In this document: piece after piece, positions 19,230 to 27,533 of the stretch | Layout: each line of letters starts with the position of its first letter | Numbering within the stretch: the first letter of the stretch is position 1 | Assembly (NCBI GenBank): GCA_946410595.1 | Contig: CAMKAU010000002.1 | Coordinates: 1,158 to 65,157, forward strand | Direction of reading: 5' to 3' | DNA: 64,000 nt | Source: an uncultured Clostridia bacterium | Lineage (GTDB): Bacteria; Bacillota; Clostridia; Oscillospirales; CAG-272 | Program-made: the position numbers and the translations under genes | Notes under the pieces: generated by a model | What the model saw: the letters and a program-made list of their open reading frames with translations, nothing else | Told to the model about the DNA's origin: nothing | Database searches by the model: none

Positions 19230-21185
19230 TCAGCGGTCGGCTGCCGTCTCCGGCGGCTCCTCCGCATACTCGCTTGAAACCGTGAGCGGAGAGAACGGTT
19301 CGCCCCCGTCCTCGAAAAACTTGCCGAAAAACTCGATGTACTGCAGGCGGCTGGTATGGACGAAGGTGCCGAGCAGGTTGATCGCCAGGTTGAGCAGATG
19401 CCCGAAGAGGAACACGAGGATCATCACGATAAAGCCCATCACGCTCGGCCCGCCGATGGTGGCGAGAATGTTGACGACCTGGCCGACGACGGCGGAGGCA
19501 AGTCCGAGCGCCATGATCCGCGAGTAGGAAAGCAGATCGGAGGCGTAGTTGATCAGTCCGTAGAGACTGCCGAGACCCTTGACGAACTTCATCAGCACGT
19601 TCTTTTCGTTTCTTCCCTGCGTGAGGACCATCGCGGCGACGCCGGCGATCAGCGCCCATTTGCCGAAGGAAAGGCCGGCCGCAAAGAGCCCGATCCCCGC
19701 GAAAAGGAGCCACGGACTGCCGATATCGAGGATCGCGTCAAGCGTGTGGCCGCGCCGGATCATCATATAGCCGCGCACCGCCATACCGGCGATCAGGTGG
19801 ACGGCGCCGACGCCGAGGGAAAGCAGGAGAAAGCCCATCGGATTCTGCAGCGGGTCGAGCATCAGCGCGAGACTTTCCGGCGCCCGGATTCCGAGCATAT
19901 TGTTCATCAGCTGCAGCGGGAAATCGCCGAAGTACGATCCGAGCAGAACGCCCCATACCATACAGGAGAGGCCGCACCAGCCGAACATGGCGAGAAACCG
20001 CTTCATCGTATCCCCGAGCGGCAGGAGCTTGACGGCGAGCAGGCAGACGAGGGAAAGGACAAAGCCGTACCCCGCGTCGGCGAACATCAGGCCGAAGATG
20101 AGGATATAAAAGATCCCCATGACCGCGCTTGGGTCGTAGCTGCCGTAAAGGGGGTAGGAATACATCCCCATGACCCACTCGAAGTTCGAGAAAAAGCTCT
20201 TGTTTTCGAGCAGAACGGGCGGCTCGTCCTCCTCCGTCGGGTCGGTGAGCTCGTAGGCGCAGCCGTACAGCTTGAGCACGGCCTCCGCCCTTTCGGCGTT
20301 CTTTTCCGGCACCCAGCCGGAGAGCAGATCGGTACGTTCCGTGCCCGCGAGGCCTCCGGCCGCGTCCAGCGCGGCAAGCGAGGTCTTTTGCAGATCGGAG
20401 AGGATCTCCGTATCGGCGATATCCTCCGCGAGGAGAGCAAGGCGGTCTTTGAGCGCCCCTTCCTCCTCGGCGAGAGAGTCGAGGCGGCGCTGCGCGCGCT
20501 CCCCTTCCTCCGCCGGCGTATCCTTCATCTCCCGGAACGCCGCGCGCAGAAAGCCGTGCGCGGAGAGAACGCGGGAGACCTCGTCGTCCGCGTCCTGATG
20601 GCAGAGGACCGCGACATAGAGGGCCGTGTTGTCGGCGCCGATCTCCTCCAGCATCGCGCTGTGGGCGGAAAGCTCGTCGGAGATCAGAGAGAGCGGCGTA
20701 CCGGCGGGAAAGCTGCCGGTAAATACCTCGGTCAGGCGGGTGGAAACAAAGGAGAGCGGCATATCGTACGCCTTCCACGCGCGGCAGAGGGCAAGATCGC
20801 CCTCGGTGCGGGCGCGTTCCGCCGCGATCTCCGCCAGTCTGCGGCGGATCTCTCCGGCGGCGCGGACCGTTTCCTTCGCTTTGTCCGCCCGGCCGGAACG
20901 CTCAAACTCCGCCAGATCCGCGCGGATCGGAGGGGCAAAGAGCTTCTTTTTCGCTTTGGAATAGGGGTGGAGCAGCTCCAGCGCCTGCGTCGTGGCGGCC
21001 ACGTCGCTCTCCAGAGCGGCGCGCCGTTCATCCGGCGGGGAGAGGGTCAGCCCGCTCTCCTCCGCGCGGTTTTCTTCGGCGCGCTCCAGAGAAACGCATC
21101 GCAGCCGCATCAGTTTTTTGATCAGGCGGTCCGTGTCCTCCCGCAGGCAGAACGCGGACAGCCGTTTCATCTTGCTTATTGCCAT
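19230..21185 (-). CDS. ntpI: V-type ATP synthase subunit I
   Basis: 651 aa with a soluble coiled N-terminal half and a polytopic C-terminal half (HTSRLQYIEFFGKFFEDGG). Confidence 0.9.
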   Translation of the reverse strand: MAISKMKRLSAFCLREDTDRLIKKLMRLRCVSLERAEENRAEESGLTLSPPDERRAALESDVAATTQALELLHPYSKAKKKLFAPPIRADLAEFERSGRADKAKETVRAAGEIRRRLAEIAAERARTEGDLALCRAWKAYDMPLSFVSTRLTEVFTGSFPAGTPLSLISDELSAHSAMLEEIGADNTALYVAVLCHQDADDEVSRVLSAHGFLRAAFREMKDTPAEEGERAQRRLDSLAEEEGALKDRLALLAEDIADTEILSDLQKTSLAALDAAGGLAGTERTDLLSGWVPEKNAERAEAVLKLYGCAYELTDPTEEDEPPVLLENKSFFSNFEWVMGMYSYPLYGSYDPSAVMGIFYILIFGLMFADAGYGFVLSLVCLLAVKLLPLGDTMKRFLAMFGWCGLSCMVWGVLLGSYFGDFPLQLMNNMLGIRAPESLALMLDPLQNPMGFLLLSLGVGAVHLIAGMAVRGYMMIRRGHTLDAILDIGSPWLLFAGIGLFAAGLSFGKWALIAGVAAMVLTQGRNEKNVLMKFVKGLGSLYGLINYASDLLSYSRIMALGLASAVVGQVVNILATIGGPSVMGFIVMILVFLFGHLLNLAINLLGTFVHTSRLQYIEFFGKFFEDGGEPFSPLTVSSEYAEEPPETAADR

Positions 21186-21496
21186 TGCGCGCGCACTCCT
21201 TCGCAGATCAGGCGGACGGCGTCTTCCTTCCGTCCCGCCGCGGCGGCGAGAAGCTCCTTTGCTTCCGCGCGGGCGTTTTTCTCCGCCTCGCGGATCGTTT
21301 GCTCCGCTTTTTCACACGCGTGGGTCCGCGCGTCGGCGCGGATCGCTTCCGCCTCCTCTTCCGCTTTGGCGCACAGGTCTTTTCCCTCGTTGTGCGCGCC
21401 GGCGAGAAGCGCCGCGATCTCCGCTTTCGACGCGGCGATCATGTCCGCGGCCGTCGTTTCGGCCTCTCGGATCGTTTTGACTGCTTCGCTGATCAC
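21176..21496 (-). CDS. Small V-ATPase stalk subunit (G/H-like)
   Basis: Ala/Glu-rich helical protein (ISEAVKTIREAETTAADMIA...). The GTG at 21496 is preceded by GGAAGGAGAA. Overlaps ntpI by 10 nt. Confidence 0.55.
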   Translation of the reverse strand: MISEAVKTIREAETTAADMIAASKAEIAALLAGAHNEGKDLCAKAEEEAEAIRADARTHACEKAEQTIREAEKNARAEAKELLAAAAGRKEDAVRLICEGVRAQWQ

Positions 21497-21581
21497 GGGT
21501 TCTCCTTCCTTGCAGATCGATGATCGTTTCAAACAAAAAACCTTGCCTCGCAAGGCCTATTTGAATAATTATAGCACGCCG

Positions 21582-22106
21582 TTACTCTTTCTGCAATCGT
21601 TCGCGGCGGATTTTCTTGTCTTTTTTTGCGGTTTTTTCGCGCATTTTTGGTTTTTGTCCGCGGACGAGGATCCCGCGGTCGGCAAGCCATACGTGGAGTG
21701 CCGTTTCGCTTTTTTGAGCCCGGCCGCGCACGAGAAGCGCGTACTCGACAAAAAAGACCAGCGCCGGGTGTCCGCGGACCGTCCGCTTCTCCCGTAGGGT
21801 GATTTCCAGCCGCGCGGCGGGACGGGAAAACCGCTCGCCGGGATGCAGGCGGCTCCACTCGCGGGCACGCTCCGCCGCGGGAAAGAGCAGCTCCTCCGCC
21901 TCCCGGAAAAAACGCTCGGCGAGCGCCAGATAGAACGCGCCGATCGCCGCCCCGCCCCGCGCTCCCGAAACGGTCGGGATCAGGGCGAGCGCCTCCGCGC
22001 CCGTTTCCCCGCCCAGGAGGGAAAAAACGCGCAAAAGGCGCGCTCTCTCCACCCGCTGCTCCTCCGGCGGCTCGCCCGCCGGTTCTCTTTTCCTTTTTTT
22101 CATCAC
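21582..22106 (-). CDS. Hypothetical protein between folC and the V-ATPase operon
   Basis: 174 aa. It is the only one of three overlapping frames here with a balanced composition. No motif recognised. Confidence 0.45.
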   Translation of the reverse strand: MMKKRKREPAGEPPEEQRVERARLLRVFSLLGGETGAEALALIPTVSGARGGAAIGAFYLALAERFFREAEELLFPAAERAREWSRLHPGERFSRPAARLEITLREKRTVRGHPALVFFVEYALLVRGRAQKSETALHVWLADRGILVRGQKPKMREKTAKKDKKIRRERLQKE

Positions 22107-22165
22107 GCACCGCCTTTCAAGGCAGTATATGCGCGAAAAGGAGAAAAACGAACGGCGCTTTGCCG

Positions 22166-23455
22166 TTATTCTTTTCCCTTCCCTTTTCCGAAGAGGGGGC
22201 GCAGCTCGGCGTAGGAATAAAGCGAGCCGCAGATGAGGAGGGGGCGCTTTTTCTCCTTTGCGGCGGCAAGGGCGGCGGCGAGCGCCTCCGGCGCCGACGA
22301 AAAGGCGTGAGCGGGAACACCGTTTTCCTCGTATTCGCGGGCGAGAACGGCGGGATCGAGGGCGCGGGGGTTCCGCGGCGGGAAGGCAAACGCCTCCTCC
22401 GCGAGGGGGGAGAGAAGGCGCGCCATCGCGGCGTGATCCTTATCGCGCATCACTCCGGTGAGAAGGAGCGGGCGTACGCCGGGGAAATAATGCCGCACGC
22501 TCTCGCAGAGCGCGGCGATCCCCTCCGGGTTGTGCGAGCCGTCGAAGACGACGGCGGGGCGGGCGGCGAGCCGCTCGAAGCGGGCGGGCCATCTGGCGAG
22601 CCGGAGCCCGCGGGTAAGCGCCTCCTCCCCGACGGGATAGCCCGCTTTTGCAAGCAGCGGGAGCGCGTCGAGAACGGCGGCGGCGTTTTGCGGCTGATAG
22701 AGCGCGGAGAGGCGGATCGAGAGGTCCTTTCTCTCCCCGTAATCAAAGACCGTCTCCCCGAGGACGGCGCGTTTGACCAAAAGGGGCTTTTCGCGGGCGT
22801 AGGTGAGGGGGCAGCCCTTCTCCGCCGCTTTTTTTGCGATAACGGCGGCGGCGGGGGTCCCCCGGGCGCAGCCGCAGAGGACGGGAACGCCCGGCCGGAA
22901 GATGCCCGCTTTTTCCGCGGCGATCGCCTCCTCGGTGTCCCCGAGGATGGCGGTGTGGTCGAGGGAAATCCCCGTTACGACCGAGAGGAGGGGGGTGTTT
23001 ATGACGTTGGTCGCGTCGAGCCGGCCGCCGAGCCCGACCTCCAGCACGACGGGGTCGCACTTTTTTTCCTTAAAATAACAAAACCCGATCGCGGTCACGA
23101 GTTCGAACTCGGTGGGCGGGTCCGCCATCTTCTCCGCCGCACTCCTGACCCGTTCCGTGAGCCGCGCGAGGGTCCGATCCCCGATCGGGCGGCCGCCGAG
23201 GGCGATCCGCTCGTTGAAGCGGAGGACGTAGGGCGAGGTATAGCGACCGACGCGGTAGCCCGCCGCCGTGAGAACGGAGGAGAGGATCGAACAGAAGGAG
23301 CCCTTGCCGTTGGTGCCGGCAACGTGGATGAAGCGGAGAGAGTCCTGCGGGTCGCCGAGCAGGCGGCAGAGCTCCCGGATCCGGGAAAGCCCCGGGCGGC
23401 TGCCGAGGGAAGCGACCCGGCCGATATAGGAGAGCGCTTCTTCGTAGGTCATCAT
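22166..23455 (-). CDS. folC: Folylpolyglutamate synthase / dihydrofolate synthase
   Basis: 429 aa, Mur-ligase type (IHVAGTNGKGS, TGISLDHT). Overlaps the folT stop by 4 nt. Confidence 0.9.
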   Translation of the reverse strand: MMTYEEALSYIGRVASLGSRPGLSRIRELCRLLGDPQDSLRFIHVAGTNGKGSFCSILSSVLTAAGYRVGRYTSPYVLRFNERIALGGRPIGDRTLARLTERVRSAAEKMADPPTEFELVTAIGFCYFKEKKCDPVVLEVGLGGRLDATNVINTPLLSVVTGISLDHTAILGDTEEAIAAEKAGIFRPGVPVLCGCARGTPAAAVIAKKAAEKGCPLTYAREKPLLVKRAVLGETVFDYGERKDLSIRLSALYQPQNAAAVLDALPLLAKAGYPVGEEALTRGLRLARWPARFERLAARPAVVFDGSHNPEGIAALCESVRHYFPGVRPLLLTGVMRDKDHAAMARLLSPLAEEAFAFPPRNPRALDPAVLAREYEENGVPAHAFSSAPEALAAALAAAKEKKRPLLICGSLYSYAELRPLFGKGKGKE

Positions 23456-23979
23456 CGGTTCGTCCCGTCCTGTTTTTTCAGTCTCTCACAGAGGCGCGTG
23501 AGGAGCGGGATCAGGCAAAGCTGCAGCGCGGTAAGCGCGGCGAACTGCGGGATCCGGGTGATAAAATAGCCCCAGTAGGTCTCCCTTCCGTACAAAACGG
23601 CGATCCAGAGCGTATCGAGCGCAAGCCCGACCGCAAGGTTGGCGAGAAGGGTGGAAAGGAGAACGTGGGGAAAGAACTTCGGCTTCTTCCCGCCGAGAGC
23701 GAGCCCGAAGATCACCCCTTTGAGCGCCGCCGTTGCCGTAAAGCCGGGGAAATACGGCCCGCGGGGAAAGAGGATCGCTCCGAGCAGATCGGAAAAGCCC
23801 CAGACGGCGGCGCCGCCAGCCGGGCCGTAGAGAGAGGCGGCGATCACGACGGGGACGAAGGTCAGGGTGATCTTGACGGTCTCGGTGAACATCACCGGGA
23901 CGAAACGATCCAGAACGACCGCAAGCGCGATCAGCATGGCGGTCCGGATCATTTGAGCGAGAAAAGGTTTTTTGCGCAT
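23452..23979 (-). CDS. folT: Folate ECF transporter S component
   Basis: 175 aa, 5-6 TM, directly downstream of a THF riboswitch and upstream of folC. Confidence 0.8.
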   Translation of the reverse strand: MRKKPFLAQMIRTAMLIALAVVLDRFVPVMFTETVKITLTFVPVVIAASLYGPAGGAAVWGFSDLLGAILFPRGPYFPGFTATAALKGVIFGLALGGKKPKFFPHVLLSTLLANLAVGLALDTLWIAVLYGRETYWGYFITRIPQFAALTALQLCLIPLLTRLCERLKKQDGTNR

Positions 23980-24039
23980 AAAAAAACACCTCCGCTTTAT
24001 GACCCGTCATCACATCGGCAGAGGAAAAGGACTGCGAAT

Positions 24040-24152
24040 GCAACAGCGGGATGCGGAAGACACCCTGCCGCTTGCGCGTTCGTCCGCGGGACAACTCCCC
24101 GTCCCCGCGGCACTCAGACCTTCCGGTCAGCACGTATCTTCCTACTCTGTTC
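24040..24152 (-). promoter_or_regulatory. THF (tetrahydrofolate) riboswitch aptamer
   Basis: The minus-strand RNA ACAGAGUAGGAAGAUACGUGCUGACCGGAAGG...CCCGCGGACGAACGCGCAAGCGGCAGGGUGUCUUCCGCAUCCCGCUGU matches the THF hallmarks AGAGUAG, GGACGAAxGCG and CGCAUCCCGCU. P1 (ACAG/CUGU) and P2 (GAAGA/UCUUC) pairings are present. Confidence 0.8.
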
Positions 24153-24171
24153 CGGCAGCGCCGGTACGACC

Positions 24172-24201
24172 AGTATAGCACGCAAAAAGACGGCGTGTCA
24201 A
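24172..24201 (-). promoter_or_regulatory. Promoter of the riboswitch-folT-folC unit
   Basis: On the minus strand: TTGACA (24201-24196), 18-nt spacer, TGcTATACT (-10 at 24177-24172). Confidence 0.5.
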
Positions 24202-24224
24202 GCAGACTCGTTCACAAAAAAAGG

Positions 24225-24253
24225 TTGAAATCTTTTTTCTATCCGTATATAAT
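24225..24253 (+). promoter_or_regulatory. Promoter of the WG-repeat lipoprotein gene
   Basis: TTGAAA (24225-24230), 17-nt spacer, TATAAT (24248-24253). AAAGGAGGAAACC lies before the ATG at 24295. Confidence 0.5.
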
Positions 24254-24294
24254 AGATAAGACGGTCCGGACGCGCCCGCCGAAAGGAGGAAACC

Positions 24295-25299
24295 ATGAAA
24301 AAAACCGTTTGTCTGCTGCTCGCGCTTTTTTTGACGGCCGCGGCGCTTGCCGCCTGCACGCCGGAGAGCCCGCCGCTGCCGCCGCTCACCGGGGACCCGG
24401 AGACCGCGGAAACGACCGTTTCCCTCCCGGCGGAAACGCTCCCGGCGGAAACCGCGTCGGAAACGGCGCCGGCGGAAACCGAGCCCGTCTCCTCCCCGAA
24501 GGCGTACGCCTTTACCGTGGAGCCGGTTTACGACTACCCGGACGTGATCCCCGTTTTTGAGGCGATCTTTTTCGACGGGTTCCCCTACTTCAACGTCGCC
24601 GATCAGGACGCGGATCCCGCGATCCTTTCCTGCGCCTACTACCGCGACGCGGAGGGGCGCTACGGTCTGCTCGCCGCGGACGGCAGCGTTGCCGTTCCCG
24701 CGGAAAAGGAGATGAGCTGGTGCGGCGCCTGCCGCTCCTTCGTTGACCGCGACCACGTCTTCTACGACAAGGATCTTCAGCCGGTAACGGTAAGAGGACA
24801 CGGGGGTCTTTCCCGGATCTTTTACGATACGGCCCGCGGCTCGGTCGCCGTGACGGAGCCGGACGGCGTTCTCTATCTCACCGCCAAGGATATTTCCTAT
24901 TTTACCGGCGCGCTTCCCTGCCTTGACCTCGGAAAAGAGATCGAGGGGCAGACGCCCACCTTCCTCCTTCTGGTGGAGGGAAAGGCCGTTACCTCCCCCG
25001 CTCTCACCTGCGCGCGCGGATACTCCGACGGGCTTGCCGCCGCCGAAGAGGAGGGCGAGTGGCGCTACTACGACCAAAACGGCGGCACCGTGACCCACAA
25101 CGCCTACCTGTACGCGGGCAGCTACCGCAACGGGGTCGCCGCCGTGAAAACGGCGGACGGCAAAGCCGGCTTTATTCAGAAGGACGGCTCTCCCCTCTTT
25201 CCCTTCGACTTTGAGGAAGCGCGCACCTTCGCCCCGAACGGCGAGGCGTGGGTCAAGGTCGGCGGCAAATGGGGCAAAATCCGATACATCGGCCGATAA
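24295..25299 (+). CDS. Lipoprotein with WG/KWG-type repeats
   Basis: Signal peptide with lipobox (LAAC), a Pro/Glu/Thr linker, and repeated motifs (YGLLAADG, GVAAVKTADGKAGFIQKDG, GEAWVKVGGKWGKI). Confidence 0.7.
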   Translation: MKKTVCLLLALFLTAAALAACTPESPPLPPLTGDPETAETTVSLPAETLPAETASETAPAETEPVSSPKAYAFTVEPVYDYPDVIPVFEAIFFDGFPYFNVADQDADPAILSCAYYRDAEGRYGLLAADGSVAVPAEKEMSWCGACRSFVDRDHVFYDKDLQPVTVRGHGGLSRIFYDTARGSVAVTEPDGVLYLTAKDISYFTGALPCLDLGKEIEGQTPTFLLLVEGKAVTSPALTCARGYSDGLAAAEEEGEWRYYDQNGGTVTHNAYLYAGSYRNGVAAVKTADGKAGFIQKDGSPLFPFDFEEARTFAPNGEAWVKVGGKWGKIRYIGR

Positions 25300-25345
25300 G
25301 GCGGGTTGTATAGATCATTTCATGTAAGGAAAGAAGGTTTTTTCA

Positions 25346-27253
25346 TTGTCTGAACAGGAAAACGGGGCCCGCAGAGGCGGGATCTCGGTCGAGGCCGAGC
25401 ATATCTTCCCCGTCATCAAAAAATGGCTCTACTCCGATAAGGAGATCTTTTTGCGGGAGATCGTTTCCAACGCGATCGACGCGGAAACGAAGCTGCGGCG
25501 TCTCGTTTCTCTCGGCGAGACCGAGGCGGATACCGAGGCCCTGAAGGTCGAAGTCGCGCTCGACCCGGACGCAAAGACCCTGACCGTTTCCGACAACGGG
25601 ATCGGCATGACCGAGGAGGAGGTGCAGAAGTACCTCTGCAGCATCGCGCTCTCCGGCGCGCTCGACTTCATCAAAAAGTACGAGGGCGAGGGCGAGGGAG
25701 CCGGCAGCGGGATCATCGGGCACTTCGGGCTCGGGTTTTACAGCGCCTTTATGGTCGCCGACGCGGTGGACGTTTATACGAAATCCTTTACCGGCGCGCC
25801 AGCCGTGCGCTTCTCCTGCGACGCGTCGGGACAGTACGAGATCGGGCCGGACGAACGGCGGGCCGAACGCGGCACCACCGTCGTCCTGCACCTGAACGAG
25901 GAAGGCGAGGAGTTTGCAAACGAGGCGCGGCTGCGCTCCGTCCTCGACAAATACTGCTCCTTTATGCCGGAGCCGATCTACCTCTCCTGCGGCGAGGAGC
26001 CGGAGGGGGAGGAAAAGAACGAAAAACCGGCGGAGCCGAAGCCGATCAACGACACCGCGCCCCTCTGGCTCAAACCGGCGTCCGAGTGCACGAAGGAGGA
26101 ATACACCGCCTTCTACCGCAAGGTGTTCGGCGACTGGCGGGAGCCCCTGCTCACCGTCCATATCAGCGCGGACTATCCGCTCAACTTCAAGGGGATCCTC
26201 TTCTTCCCCCGCAAGGAAAACGACTTTGAAAACGTCGAGGGGCAGATCAAGCTCTACTACAACCAGACCTTCGTCGCCGACAATATCAAAGAGGTCGTGC
26301 CGGAGTACCTTCTTATGCTGCGCGGGGTGCTCGACTGCCCCGAGCTGCCGCTCAACGTTTCCCGCAGCTACCTCCAGAGCAACGGGTACGTGAAAAAGAT
26401 CGCCGCCTTCATCGTCAAGAAGGTGGCGGATAAGCTCGTTTCGATGAAGGAAAACGACCGCGAGGGCTACGAAAAGATCTGGAACGACATCCGCCTCTTC
26501 ACCGAATACAGCTGCATCTGCGACGAAAAGTTCTACGACCGCGCCAAGGACGCGATGCTCCTGCCGATCTGCGGCGGCGGGTATAAGACGCTCTCCGAAT
26601 ACCTGGAAGCGGCGAAGGAAAAGAACGAAAACAAGGTCTACTACGCGACCGACCCCGTCGCGCAGGCGCAGTTCGTCCGTCTTTACACCGACGAGGGGAT
26701 CGGGATCTGCCTCTTCGACAAGTTCGTCGACACCCAGTATATCTCCTTCCTCGAAGGGAAAAACGAAAAGGTGAAGTTTTTGCGCGTCGACGCCGACGCG
26801 GCGGGCGCGCTGAAAACGGAGGAAACGGCGGACGCCGGCAAAAACGAGGCGCTGGAAAAGCTCTTCCGGGAGCTCTCGCACAACGAAAAGCTCACCCTCG
26901 CCGCCGAGCGGCTGCGCAGCGCCGAGGTGCCCGCGATCCTCTCTCTCCCCGAGGAGAGCCGGCGCTTTGACGATATGATGAAGTTCTACGCCGCGGCGGG
27001 CAGCGGCGCGGCGATGCCCGCGACCGCCGCCGAAACGCTGACCCTCAACCTCTCGAACGAAACGGCGGCCGCCCTGTTCGCCAAAGAAACGTTTACCGGG
27101 CGGGACCGGCTGCTTGCCAAACACCTTTACGCGCTGGCCGCCCTCTCGCAGAGAAAGCTGTCCGCCGACGAGCTGCAGGCCTTCCTCTCGGACAGCTACC
27201 GCCTGCTGACGATGATCCCGGAAAACGCAAACGAACCGGAGGAAACGAAATGA
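25346..27253 (+). CDS. htpG: Molecular chaperone HtpG (Hsp90)
   Basis: 635 aa with LYSDKEIFLREIVSNAIDA, VSDNGIGMT and GHFGLGFYSAFMVAD. TTG start at 25346, 9 nt after AGAAGG. Confidence 0.93.
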   Translation: MSEQENGARRGGISVEAEHIFPVIKKWLYSDKEIFLREIVSNAIDAETKLRRLVSLGETEADTEALKVEVALDPDAKTLTVSDNGIGMTEEEVQKYLCSIALSGALDFIKKYEGEGEGAGSGIIGHFGLGFYSAFMVADAVDVYTKSFTGAPAVRFSCDASGQYEIGPDERRAERGTTVVLHLNEEGEEFANEARLRSVLDKYCSFMPEPIYLSCGEEPEGEEKNEKPAEPKPINDTAPLWLKPASECTKEEYTAFYRKVFGDWREPLLTVHISADYPLNFKGILFFPRKENDFENVEGQIKLYYNQTFVADNIKEVVPEYLLMLRGVLDCPELPLNVSRSYLQSNGYVKKIAAFIVKKVADKLVSMKENDREGYEKIWNDIRLFTEYSCICDEKFYDRAKDAMLLPICGGGYKTLSEYLEAAKEKNENKVYYATDPVAQAQFVRLYTDEGIGICLFDKFVDTQYISFLEGKNEKVKFLRVDADAAGALKTEETADAGKNEALEKLFRELSHNEKLTLAAERLRSAEVPAILSLPEESRRFDDMMKFYAAAGSGAAMPATAAETLTLNLSNETAAALFAKETFTGRDRLLAKHLYALAALSQRKLSADELQAFLSDSYRLLTMIPENANEPEETK

Positions 27254-27519
27254 AAACCATCCGATATAAAACGCAGGGCGTCTGCTCCCGCGCGATCGAG
27301 ATCGAAGTGGACGACGACGGCGTGATCCTCTCCTGCCGCTTTGACGGCGGCTGCAGCGGCAACACGCAGGGCGTTTCCCGCCTGGTCGTCGGAATGAAGG
27401 CAAGCGAAGCGGCAGAACGCCTTTCCGGGATCCGCTGCGGGATGCGCCCCACCTCCTGCCCCGACCAGCTGGCGCGCGCGCTGACCGAAGCGCTCGCCGA
27501 CAGCGCGGTCGGCGTTTGA
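27250..27519 (+). CDS. TSCPD-domain small protein (TIGR03905-like)
   Basis: 89 aa with GVCSRAIEIEVDDDGVI, GGCSGNTQGVSRL and TSCPDQLA. The ATGA overlaps the htpG stop. Confidence 0.75.
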   Translation: MKTIRYKTQGVCSRAIEIEVDDDGVILSCRFDGGCSGNTQGVSRLVVGMKASEAAERLSGIRCGMRPTSCPDQLARALTEALADSAVGV

Positions 27520-27533
27520 GAAAAGGAGATGCG

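Noticed and set aside
19356-21797. 813-aa plus-strand ORF over ntpI and the G/H-like gene
   Set aside because: It is antisense to the V-ATPase I subunit and is a compositional artefact.
25343-27403. 686-aa minus-strand ORF over htpG
   Set aside because: It is antisense to a textbook Hsp90 sequence and is Arg/Gly/Glu/Val-rich junk.
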